Source: an uncultured Lentimicrobiaceae bacterium (GTDB lineage: Bacteria > Bacteroidota > Bacteroidia > Bacteroidales > UBA4417). Taken from it: a stretch of DNA of 64,000 bases. Made by a program: the position numbers and the translations under genes. The notes beneath the pieces were generated by a model. That model worked only from the letters and a program-made list of their open reading frames with translations. It was not told the DNA's origin and made no database searches. Below are positions 19,549-28,298 of this stretch, in pieces (the stretch's first letter is position 1; every line of letters begins with the position of its first letter). The stretch covers positions 26,679-90,678 of the forward strand of contig CAYQTT010000004.1 in assembly GCA_964420555.1 (NCBI GenBank), in the 5' to 3' direction.

Positions 19549-22053
19549 ATGAACTTGCGAACTATTTTTTTATTTCTGACAGCATTCTTGTTAATCTTTA
19601 ACCAGGCGCAGGCTTCTATTCCTCCAAGGATAGGTTGGTGGAAATTTGATAATGCATCTGATCTGCAACAAGCTGAAACCGGTTTTGGGATTGATCTTAC
19701 TCTTATAGGCTCGCATACTTCCGCCCCTGGACCTGAAGCCGGAAACGGAGCTGTTCTTATAGGAGCTGGCAGTTATTATAAAATGCAACATCAGATTTCC
19801 GCTAACGGCGGAGGTAGCAAAGTGAATGAATATACGCTTCAGTTTGATTTCAAAATACCGGCTAACGGAGTGTGGCACACATTTTTTCAAACGGATATAA
19901 ACAACTCCAATGACGGTGATTTTTTTATAAACACTTCCGGAAATATAGGCGTTGCTGCCGTTGGTTATGGCACGTATCAGATTATTCCCGGCGAGTGGTA
20001 CCGTTTAATCGTGTCAGTTAAAAATGGAAGTCACTTTACATATTACCTCGATGGCGAACTGGTGATTAACGGAAATGTTCAGGCCATTGATGACCGGTTT
20101 TCGCTGGAGAACCTTTTGTTGATTTTTGCTGATGATGATGGCGAAGATTCCGATATTATCTGCTCCGAACTTGCTGTCTGGGATCAGCCGCTAACTGCTG
20201 AACAAGCTGCTGAATTGGGCGGGTTTGGTCATAATGCCGGCCCTTTTATGATGACCAGGATACCTTACCTGCAGGCACAGGGCACTAATACAATGACAGT
20301 TTGCTGGCACGATATTTCGACATCTGGCACCAAAGTTCAGTATGGTTTAGACTCAACTTTGGGCCTGGTAATGACCGGTACAAACGAAGTAATAAGTGAT
20401 CCCTACCGCTGGCACACCGTTAAATTGAACGGGCTGCAGCCCAATACCCGCTATTTTTACAAGGTACAAAGCGGAGGTGCCGAATCCGCGATTTATGCGT
20501 TTAAAACCTTACCCGATCCAGCTTATACTGGGAAACTACGTTTCGTGCTACTCAGCGATACACATGCAACAGATACCACCATGGCTGGTAAAGTGCTGCG
20601 GGCAGCAAAAGATAAAATTACGGAATTGTACGGCCCTGCTATCGAAAATCATGTGAACGGGATATTCCATTCAGGCGACGTGGTTGTTAGCGGAGATATT
20701 CCCGGGCAATATACCAAGCAGTATTTCAAGCCTTTATCCGCACTATCGCCCTATATCCCAACCATGGTTGTAGCTGGTAATCATGAAGGCGAAAGCCCCT
20801 ATTTTTATCAATATCTCAAACTTGACGATCAGTCGGCCTTCCCTCAGCTTACTTCATTAAAGGAAAAAGTGTGGTTTCTTAAAACCGGGAATTCGCTATT
20901 TATAGGCATGAATACCAATATCATCGATCCCTATGGAGCTGCGCAGGCAAATTGGCTTAATGCCAAGCTGAATGAAGCCGAAAACGATTCCACTATCGAC
21001 TTTGTGTTTATTTTTTTTCACCATCCGCCATTCTCCGAATTGTGGGTTGTTGGCGGCACTGATTATGTTGTAAATGTTCTTTTTCCCATTATAAAGAAAT
21101 ACACCAAAGTGCAACAGATGCATTACGGGCATACACATGGATTTGAAAGAGGAACTATAACTTCTGAACAAACAGGTGCCGGTTTCAGGATTATCTGTGG
21201 CGGCGGTGGTGGCGGCCCAAACGATCCGTGGCGTGAAGGCGAGAACAGGGATTTTAATGATATTCATAAAACCCTGAATCATTATTTCTTTCAGATTCTG
21301 GAGATTGACATCCAAAATCACACATTCCGGAATTCGATGTACAGCCTTGGAAACAATAATGATCCCCGTATTTCGGAGCTTATGGATACATGGTATAAAT
21401 CGAAAAATCAGGCTGGCCCGGAAACGCCTGAATTGGAAAACTTTGAAATTGCTGAAAATCACATTCAGTTCAATACTTCTGAATTTTCGGGCTCCGACTC
21501 TTTGATGTCAGTTCATTTTCAGGTTATTGATAGTTTACAGTCGTCAAATATTGTACTTGATTCGATCACGCATTGGACAAATATTTATAATATTGATCAG
21601 TATTACAAGCCGGTTGATGTTAACAAGGGAATTAATTTATTGCAAAGTAAAATATCGCTTTCGCAGCTTTCGGCTGGTAAGGAATACTATTTCAGGGTGC
21701 GTTATCGCGATCATAATCTGAAATGGAGCGAATGGTCCGCTTTAACAAGTTTCTCCACATTGGGAACTGATGAATTCCAGGGCATGCAGCGAGGTTATTA
21801 TCTGGAGCAAAACATTCCGAATCCATTCCGGAATCAAACAAAATTCACTTACAAAGTGCCTGAAAAGTGTGAGGTGATTTTCCGGATTTATGATAAAAAT
21901 CAGCGGATTATAAGTGAAATTAACGAAGGAGTTAAAGATAAAGGAACATACACTTTTGATTTTAACGCCGAAAACCTGGCCAGCGATGTGTATATTTACG
22001 AAATGAATGCAAACAACCTCTCGGTGTCGAAAAAAATGATTCATGTTAAGTAA
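19549..22053 (+). CDS. Purple-acid-phosphatase-like metallophosphoesterase with LamG-like, FN3 and T9SS domains
   Basis: SDTH, GDVV, GNHE, HHP, GHTH motifs; N-terminal GWWKFD domain; QNIPNPF CTD. Confidence 0.88.
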   Translation: MNLRTIFLFLTAFLLIFNQAQASIPPRIGWWKFDNASDLQQAETGFGIDLTLIGSHTSAPGPEAGNGAVLIGAGSYYKMQHQISANGGGSKVNEYTLQFDFKIPANGVWHTFFQTDINNSNDGDFFINTSGNIGVAAVGYGTYQIIPGEWYRLIVSVKNGSHFTYYLDGELVINGNVQAIDDRFSLENLLLIFADDDGEDSDIICSELAVWDQPLTAEQAAELGGFGHNAGPFMMTRIPYLQAQGTNTMTVCWHDISTSGTKVQYGLDSTLGLVMTGTNEVISDPYRWHTVKLNGLQPNTRYFYKVQSGGAESAIYAFKTLPDPAYTGKLRFVLLSDTHATDTTMAGKVLRAAKDKITELYGPAIENHVNGIFHSGDVVVSGDIPGQYTKQYFKPLSALSPYIPTMVVAGNHEGESPYFYQYLKLDDQSAFPQLTSLKEKVWFLKTGNSLFIGMNTNIIDPYGAAQANWLNAKLNEAENDSTIDFVFIFFHHPPFSELWVVGGTDYVVNVLFPIIKKYTKVQQMHYGHTHGFERGTITSEQTGAGFRIICGGGGGGPNDPWREGENRDFNDIHKTLNHYFFQILEIDIQNHTFRNSMYSLGNNNDPRISELMDTWYKSKNQAGPETPELENFEIAENHIQFNTSEFSGSDSLMSVHFQVIDSLQSSNIVLDSITHWTNIYNIDQYYKPVDVNKGINLLQSKISLSQLSAGKEYYFRVRYRDHNLKWSEWSALTSFSTLGTDEFQGMQRGYYLEQNIPNPFRNQTKFTYKVPEKCEVIFRIYDKNQRIISEINEGVKDKGTYTFDFNAENLASDVYIYEMNANNLSVSKKMIHVK

Positions 22054-22075
22054 AACTTTAAACCAAATAATAATC

Positions 22076-22813
22076 ATGAAAAACAAGACGGTTATCCTTT
22101 TCGTTATTTCAATTCTTTTTTTGATAACACCGGCTTTAAATGCACAGGAAGCTATGAGCGAATATGAAAAAATGATGAACGAAAGGAATAAGGTCGATTG
22201 GCCTTACCTGAACTGCTATAGGGAGGATAACAAGAAACTTGGCTTGCCGGCTGCCGGCGAAAAAAGAGTCGTGTTTATGGGTAATTCAATTACCGAAGGA
22301 TGGAAATACCTGCGTCCTGAATATTTCGCCGGCAAACCATATATCTGCCGTGGAATCAGCGGACAAACTACCCCGCAGATGCTTATCAGGTTCAGACCTG
22401 ATGTTATTGCCCTGAAACCTGAAGTTGTTTTGATTTTGGCAGGTATTAATGACATTGCAGGAAATACTGGTCCGTCAACGCTTGAAATGATTGAGGATAA
22501 CCTTACATCAATGGCCGAACTTGCAAAAGTAAATGGCATAAAAGTGATTTTATGTTCGGTGTTGCCGGCTTATGATTTTCCGTGGAATCCCGGTGTTTTT
22601 CCTTCTGAAAAGATTCTGCTTTTAAATAAATGGATAAAGCAATATGCTTCAGAGAATGATTTTTATTATATCGATTATTACGCATCAATGGTTGATGAGC
22701 GGAAAGGACTCAAAGCTGAATTTTCGGAAGATGGCGTGCATCCTAACGTAAAAGGGTATAAGGTGATGGAGCAACTGGCTGAGAATGTAATAGCTAAGGC
22801 TTTAAAGAAATAA
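22076..22813 (+). CDS. SGNH/GDSL hydrolase (carbohydrate esterase-like)
   Basis: GNSIT, RGISGQTT, GINDI, DGVHP blocks; signal peptide. Confidence 0.92.
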   Translation: MKNKTVILFVISILFLITPALNAQEAMSEYEKMMNERNKVDWPYLNCYREDNKKLGLPAAGEKRVVFMGNSITEGWKYLRPEYFAGKPYICRGISGQTTPQMLIRFRPDVIALKPEVVLILAGINDIAGNTGPSTLEMIEDNLTSMAELAKVNGIKVILCSVLPAYDFPWNPGVFPSEKILLLNKWIKQYASENDFYYIDYYASMVDERKGLKAEFSEDGVHPNVKGYKVMEQLAENVIAKALKK

Positions 22814-22929
22814 AAATTATTGTTGAGAAGTTTAACCGTGTCGTCCTGGAAATGTCAGGTTCATCAGGTGATAGACACGAAATCTTTTCTAAATCCGGAA
22901 TACTATTGTTTCACTAACAAATTATTCAA

Positions 22930-23694
22930 ATGAAAACTTCAAAAATCACAATCGCATTATTACTCCTATTGGTTTCATCTTTTTCCTTTGCACAATCAAA
23001 AGATGGTTATGCGTTGGTATGGGAAGATAATTTTAACGGCACTGTGCTGGATACTACCTGCTGGAGCCACGAGACTGCCGCGCCTGGTTGGGTTAACAAC
23101 GAATTACAGCGTTACACAAACGATAATATTGAGTTCGCTGATGGCAAACTCCTGATTATTGCCAAAAAGGAAAACAATGAAATTACGTCAGCCCGATTGA
23201 TCACCAAAGGCAAAAAGACTTTTACCTATGGAATTTTTGAGATCAAAGCTAAAATACCTCAAGGTACAGGCACCTGGCCGGCTCTTTGGATGCTGGGACA
23301 AAATATCGACGAAGTCAGCTGGCCGGCTTGTGGCGAACTCGATATTATGGAGCATGTGGGCAAGAATCCCCGATTCATACATTCAACAGTTCATAACAAA
23401 TCAGGGTACGGTTCAACGCCTTACACTGGCATACTCGAAATACAGGATCCTTTTAATGAATTCCATATCTATGGCATGGAGTGGACTAATGAGTTTGTTG
23501 ACTTTTTTATTGATGGCAAGCTGGTGTATCGCTATCAGCCCAAAGTGAAAAATGATGATAACTGGCCTTTCGATAAACCCTGTTTTCTGATTTTTAATGT
23601 TGCTATTGGCGGTACCTGGGGCGGGCCTGATGTTGACGAAAAGATTTTTCCGGCAACTATGACTGTGGATTGGGTTAAGGTTTATCAGAAATAA
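22930..23694 (+). CDS. Glycoside hydrolase family 16 (laminarinase/beta-1,3-glucanase-like)
   Basis: WPALWML, GELDIMEH catalytic ExDxxE, NNELQRY, VDWVKVYQ. Confidence 0.92.
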   Translation: MKTSKITIALLLLLVSSFSFAQSKDGYALVWEDNFNGTVLDTTCWSHETAAPGWVNNELQRYTNDNIEFADGKLLIIAKKENNEITSARLITKGKKTFTYGIFEIKAKIPQGTGTWPALWMLGQNIDEVSWPACGELDIMEHVGKNPRFIHSTVHNKSGYGSTPYTGILEIQDPFNEFHIYGMEWTNEFVDFFIDGKLVYRYQPKVKNDDNWPFDKPCFLIFNVAIGGTWGGPDVDEKIFPATMTVDWVKVYQK

Positions 23695-23743
23695 TAAGCA
23701 GGAAAAAGGAACCAGGGAATCGGACTCAAAAAGTCACAGAACT

Positions 23744-24847
23744 ATGATTGAAGACGAAAAAAAAATGAGCCGGATTGTTTCTATCGATGCGTTGAGGGGC
23801 TTTGATATGTTGTTTATCATATTTCTCGACCATTTTTTTCAAGCGCTGAATGTGGGCGTTGGCTCGCCTTTTACAAAAGTACTGGCAAAGCAATTTGATC
23901 ATCCTGAGTGGTTTGGTTCATCGGTTTACGATATCGTTATGCCTTTGTTCCTGTTTATTGTCGGGGCAGCAATACCATTTGCATTATCGAAACGAAAGCT
24001 GCAGGACTCGCGATTGTCGGCCTTGTATGCAAAGTTGATTAAGCGTTTTGTTATACTGTTTATACTCGGATGGATTGTTCAGGGGCATTTGCTGGAATTT
24101 AACCTGGAAACATTCAGCGTTTTTAGCAATACTTTGCAAGCCATTGCCGTTGGATATCTCTTTTCGAGTATTGCTTATATTCACTTTAAACTCAAAACGC
24201 GCTTGTTCATTTTCGGTGCGAGCTTACTTATTTATACTTTACTGCTCACCATCCCGAATGTTCCTGGGGTTGGCAGCGGCGTTTTATTGCCCGACAGCAG
24301 CTTTGCCTGGTATGTGGATCAGCTGGTATTTGGCGATTTTCAGGACGGAACTCAATATACCTGGCTGCTGAGTGGATTTGGTTTTATTGCTACTACATTG
24401 TCGGGCGTTTTTGCCGGCGAACTGATAAAATCCGATCTGCCCCGAAAGAAAGTGGCTTTATACCTGTTTGTAATAGGAGTAACCGGGTTGCTGGCCGGAA
24501 TGGTTTTAGGAATATGGCATCCGATTATTAAAAAACTTTGGACAAGCTCTTTTGTACTTGCTTCATCAGGCGTTTGTTTCCTTTTATTATCTTTATTCTA
24601 CTGGATAATAGATGTTAAGGGGAAAGTTAAATGGGCGTTTCCGTTAAAAGTTATCGGCATGAATGCTATAGTTGCTTATATGCTTTCGCATGTTTTCAAT
24701 TTTCACCTGATTGCCGAAATGGTGTTGTATGGATTAAAGCAATTTGTCGGCGACTATAATTACCTGGTGCTTACCATCGGCGGTTTTGGCATTCTGTACC
24801 TGATACTTTGGTATATGTTCAAAAACAAAACGTTTATAAAAGTGTAG
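23744..24847 (+). CDS. HGSNAT/DUF5009-like membrane acyltransferase
   Basis: RIVSIDALRGFDM, DIVMPLFLFIVG, PIIKKLWTSSF, GMNAI; multiple TM helices. Confidence 0.85.
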   Translation: MIEDEKKMSRIVSIDALRGFDMLFIIFLDHFFQALNVGVGSPFTKVLAKQFDHPEWFGSSVYDIVMPLFLFIVGAAIPFALSKRKLQDSRLSALYAKLIKRFVILFILGWIVQGHLLEFNLETFSVFSNTLQAIAVGYLFSSIAYIHFKLKTRLFIFGASLLIYTLLLTIPNVPGVGSGVLLPDSSFAWYVDQLVFGDFQDGTQYTWLLSGFGFIATTLSGVFAGELIKSDLPRKKVALYLFVIGVTGLLAGMVLGIWHPIIKKLWTSSFVLASSGVCFLLLSLFYWIIDVKGKVKWAFPLKVIGMNAIVAYMLSHVFNFHLIAEMVLYGLKQFVGDYNYLVLTIGGFGILYLILWYMFKNKTFIKV

Positions 24848-24895
24848 TACTTATGTGTTATACTTTGAACCGGATAAATTTCCACACATCATTTG

Positions 24896-24950
24896 CCCCG
24901 ACCTTCAGGTCGGGGAATATTGATAACCAATACAATGTGGGCTTTAGCCC
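24896..24950. repeat. REP-like palindromes
   Basis: CCCCGACCT-TC-AGGTCGGGG (24896-24915) and GGGCTTTAGCCC (24939-24950). Confidence 0.6.
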
Positions 24951-25024
24951 CGTGATGAGAGATGCGGAAATTTATCCGTTTGCAGTATAAAGAGAGTTCA
25001 ATTGTTTACCAATATAAATTCATC

Positions 25025-25099
25025 ATGAAATAGCCATGATTAGATTAAATCACCAACCGGAGATAATATTATGATCAATCTGGCGTATTCCATCTGACC
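25025..25099 (+). ncRNA. Candidate structured leader element, copy 1 (copy 2 at 61175-61249)
   Basis: Repeat of ATGAAATAGCCATG...AAATCACCAACC...TGGCGTATTCCAT.TGACC with base-paired ends. Confidence 0.5.
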
Positions 25100-25121
25100 C
25101 GTAAAAAATAAATAAATACAG

Positions 25122-25973
25122 ATGAAAAAAATCATTCTCATCCTTTTCGGGATACTAATCATTGGCACCATGCAAGCCCAGGAAGAAATTAAATTATACA
25201 GAAACACACCGGCCGAAAATAGCGGAATCACTGAAAAGGAAGCCATTTACGATAATAGCTGGGTTACCAATGTAACTGATGCCCGAATGTATGCTTATAT
25301 TGTTCCGAAGGAAAAAGCTACAGGAACGGCGGTGTTAATTTGTCCCGGAGGCGGCTATGGCGGTCTGGCAGTGGCTCACGAAGGTGCCCAATTTGCAGAA
25401 TGGCTGAATACACTTGGCGTTTCGGCTTTCGTGCTTTATTACCGTATGCCAAACCATCATTCGGAAATTCCGCTAACTGATGCGCAGACCGCCATTCAGA
25501 TAATCCGCGAAGGAGCCGGGAAATGGAATATTGATAAACATAAAATCGGGATAGCTGGTTTTTCGGCCGGAGGGCACCTGGCTTCTACTGCCGGAACACA
25601 TTTCGACGAAATAAATCGTCCGGATTTTATGATCCTGGTTTATCCTGTTATTTCGATGACAGGTGATGGAACCTGCCAAAACCTGTTAGGAGAAACTCCC
25701 TCTAAGGAACAGTTAAAACGTTTTTCGACCCAACTTCAGGTAACTGATAAAACACCGCCGACATTTATAATAGCTGCATTAGATGATGATGTTGTTTCAG
25801 TAGAACATAGTTTTATGTTTTACAAAGCCCTGCAGGACAATAAAATCCCTTCCGAAATTAATACTTACGAAAAAGGCGGTCATGGATTTGGAATGCGCAA
25901 ACAAGGATTGCTTATTGACAACTGGACTGAGAAACTGAAAGGCTGGTTGAAGGCCAGCGGTATGATTGAATGA
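25122..25973 (+). CDS. Alpha/beta hydrolase (BD-FAE-like carbohydrate esterase)
   Basis: CPGGGY oxyanion motif, GFSAGG nucleophile, DDVV, GGHGFG. Confidence 0.9.
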   Translation: MKKIILILFGILIIGTMQAQEEIKLYRNTPAENSGITEKEAIYDNSWVTNVTDARMYAYIVPKEKATGTAVLICPGGGYGGLAVAHEGAQFAEWLNTLGVSAFVLYYRMPNHHSEIPLTDAQTAIQIIREGAGKWNIDKHKIGIAGFSAGGHLASTAGTHFDEINRPDFMILVYPVISMTGDGTCQNLLGETPSKEQLKRFSTQLQVTDKTPPTFIIAALDDDVVSVEHSFMFYKALQDNKIPSEINTYEKGGHGFGMRKQGLLIDNWTEKLKGWLKASGMIE

Positions 25974-26217
25974 TAATTATTCAGTATTAAAATTTTGATA
26001 TTGGCTTCATATGACTTTATATTTCGGTTTTTGTAAATAGGTTCCAAAATATTACAAGTCATACATTATGTTTGCTTTACTGATTACGCATTTTTTTTAA
26101 TGCGGAATTTGGTGATGCTTTTAATTAATTCATTTTGGAGATTATAAAACTGATAATCAGTATTTTGCTGCTTTAAGTGAAGTCTGGTTTATTTTATATT
26201 GCAATCATTATTGTATT

Positions 26218-26241
26218 ATGAACGTACGTTCATTACCTTTG
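26218..26241 (+). promoter_or_regulatory. Perfect 16-bp operator palindrome abutting a -7 promoter box
   Basis: ATGAACGTACGTTCAT (26218-26233) immediately followed by TACCTTTG (26234-26241). Confidence 0.7.
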
Positions 26242-26257
26242 TAGAAAATTTCAGGTT

Positions 26258-26506
26258 ATGTAAACTCAAATCTTTCTAAAAGTCTTTTTGGTACTGCCAT
26301 TAATAGTCTTCGTTGATTGGGTATTAATGGTTGTATTAGGTTGTGCTTCCTGCCTTTTTAACTTTGGTAACAGTTTTTACTGCGGGCCATATTGTTTAAT
26401 CGGGAAAGGTATTCTACTTTTATCAGCAGTATTCTTTATAATTTACCTGCTCTTTCCTGAAATAAAAAAAGCAATAAGCCATAAAAATCATGCCCCGACC
26501 AGTTAG
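26258..26506 (+). pseudogene. Small Cys-rich two-TM protein with stop at codon 2 (or TTG start at 26288)
   Basis: ATG TAA ACT CAA ATC TTT CTA AAA GTC TTT TTG is in frame with the 26288 ORF (GCASC...YCGPYC). Confidence 0.5.
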
Positions 26507-26903
26507 AAACCGTAAAATCCTTAATCCGCCTAAAATGGCTGGTTTCAAGCCATTTGGAATGCCATTGTGTGATCTGGAGGTAGTAAAATTTCATTATGAC
26601 GAATACGAAAGTATTAACCTCATTAACTATCAGAATCTTCCGCAGGACATTGCTGCTGAGAAGATGGGTATTTCACGCCCAACTTTCACACGAGTGTATA
26701 ACAGGGCATTGAAAAAAATTGCAAAAGCTTTTGTAGAATGCAAGGCAATTGAGATCGAAGGTGGTAATGTCGAATTTGGGAAACAATGGTTTAAATGTAG
26801 CAAGTGTTTCAAATTGATTGAAGGAATCGAAAATCATATAAAATGCAAAGGATGTGACTCTTTTGGCAACAAAGAACTTGTAAATCTGAATGTTATAAAA
26901 TGA
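26490..26903 (+). CDS. DUF134 family putative DNA-binding protein with C-terminal Cys cluster
   Basis: MPRP start, FKPFG, AAEKMGISRPTFTR HTH, IEIEGG, CSKC/CKGC. Confidence 0.9.
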   Translation: MPRPVRNRKILNPPKMAGFKPFGMPLCDLEVVKFHYDEYESINLINYQNLPQDIAAEKMGISRPTFTRVYNRALKKIAKAFVECKAIEIEGGNVEFGKQWFKCSKCFKLIEGIENHIKCKGCDSFGNKELVNLNVIK

Positions 26904-27454
26904 ACTGTACAAAATGTAGTGATAAAGTATGCCGCAAGAGCCAAACCTCCTGCGAAAAGGAAATTTTTGAGAAATCGGAAATAATTGCTGATTATCAGAG
27001 TCCCCAAAACAGCGAAATTGTAAGGGCTGCCGCCGAACTGGTCGATGATGGAAGAGCCGGAACACTCTCGCGAATTGAAGAGATTATTGAATATGCTAAA
27101 CTGATGAATTATCAGAAAATCGGGCTGGCTTATTGCTATGGCATGGAAAAATATGCAAAAGCAATCGAAACTCTTTTAACTGACGAATGGTTTGATGTGT
27201 CAGCAGTATCCTGCAGCGTTGGCGGTTTAAAGCAAAGTGAACTAAACGATTCGAGTTGTATTAATAAAGTTTCGTGTAATCCCCTGGGACAGGCAGAGCA
27301 GCTTAATTCGGAGGAAATTGATTTAACATTAGTGGTCGGCATTTGCCTGGGCCACGACATTTTATTAAACCGTAATTTAAAAATGGATTTCACCACACTT
27401 GTTGTTAAAGACAGGAAGTATAACCACGCCCCTCTGTTGGGAATAGAGAAATAG
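26900..27454 (+). CDS. DUF1847 family metal-binding protein
   Basis: RIEEIIEYAK, KIGLAYC, CNPLGQA, GICLGHD, TTLVVKDR. Confidence 0.88.
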   Translation: MNCTKCSDKVCRKSQTSCEKEIFEKSEIIADYQSPQNSEIVRAAAELVDDGRAGTLSRIEEIIEYAKLMNYQKIGLAYCYGMEKYAKAIETLLTDEWFDVSAVSCSVGGLKQSELNDSSCINKVSCNPLGQAEQLNSEEIDLTLVVGICLGHDILLNRNLKMDFTTLVVKDRKYNHAPLLGIEK

Positions 27455-27509
27455 ATAAATGGAAATTTCAAAGAAATAATTCAAATCATTGATTTAAACA
27501 CAAGAAAAA

Positions 27510-27905
27510 ATGAATAAAATGAAAATAGCAGTTCCCGTAACCAGTACCAACCAGGTTGACGGCCATTTTGGCCATTGTGAGTTTTACAGCATTTACAACA
27601 TATCCGCTGAAGGTAAAATTTCTGAAATAAACACCATTCCTTCTGTTCAGGGTTGCGGATGTAAATCCAATATTGCCGGTGTGCTGGCAGCTGATGGAGT
27701 AACAATTATGCTTGCCGGCGGAATCGGCGGCGGCTCCATTAACGTGTTGAATAATGCCGGTATTGATGTGATACGCGGCTGCGAGGGCGATGCTCAGGAA
27801 GTGGTAAAAAGCTATATCGCAGGTTCAATCAGCGACAGCGGCGAAAGTTGCCATCAGCATGCAGAGCACCATGGCGAAGGTGGCGGGCTTCAATGCAGTC
27901 ACTAG
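27510..27905 (+). CDS. NifB/NifX family cofactor-binding protein with His/Cys tail
   Basis: KIAVP, HFGHC, GCGCKS, AGGIGGG; C-terminal CHQHAEHH...CSH. Confidence 0.88.
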   Translation: MNKMKIAVPVTSTNQVDGHFGHCEFYSIYNISAEGKISEINTIPSVQGCGCKSNIAGVLAADGVTIMLAGGIGGGSINVLNNAGIDVIRGCEGDAQEVVKSYIAGSISDSGESCHQHAEHHGEGGGLQCSH

Positions 27906-27992
27906 GAATTATTAAATTGTGTTGAATTATATTTCTATAAGCATTTTTGGTAATTTTATTACTCCAAATTTAAGCACCATTAAATCTTCATA

Positions 27993-28199
27993 ATGCAGAT
28001 TATCAAAAACATATACCAGTTTTACTACCAGGGATTTAAAGGTATGACTGTGGGCAAAAAGTTATGGGCGATCATACTTATTAAGCTTGCAATCATGTTC
28101 CTGATACTGAAATTGTTCTTTTTCCCAAACTACCTGAAAACTAACTTTGATACAGACCAGGAGCGGAGCGACCATGTGATTGAACAACTGACGAAATAA
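27993..28199 (+). CDS. DUF4492 family small membrane protein
   Basis: FYYQGFKGMTVGKKLWAIILIKL..LKLFFFPN; typical position upstream of Bacteroidota cydA. Confidence 0.85.
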   Translation: MQIIKNIYQFYYQGFKGMTVGKKLWAIILIKLAIMFLILKLFFFPNYLKTNFDTDQERSDHVIEQLTK

Positions 28200-28298
28200 G
28201 GGTTTCATGTTTCATGTTTCAGGTTTCTGGTTGATCTCTTTCTCCATTCTCCCCCTCTCTAACTTAATAAGCAATATTTTCTCTCAAAAAAACAACAT

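Noticed and set aside
27510-27905. NifB/NifX protein as evidence of nitrogen fixation
   Set aside because: Stand-alone NifX-like proteins with DUF134 are widespread, and there are no nifHDK genes here
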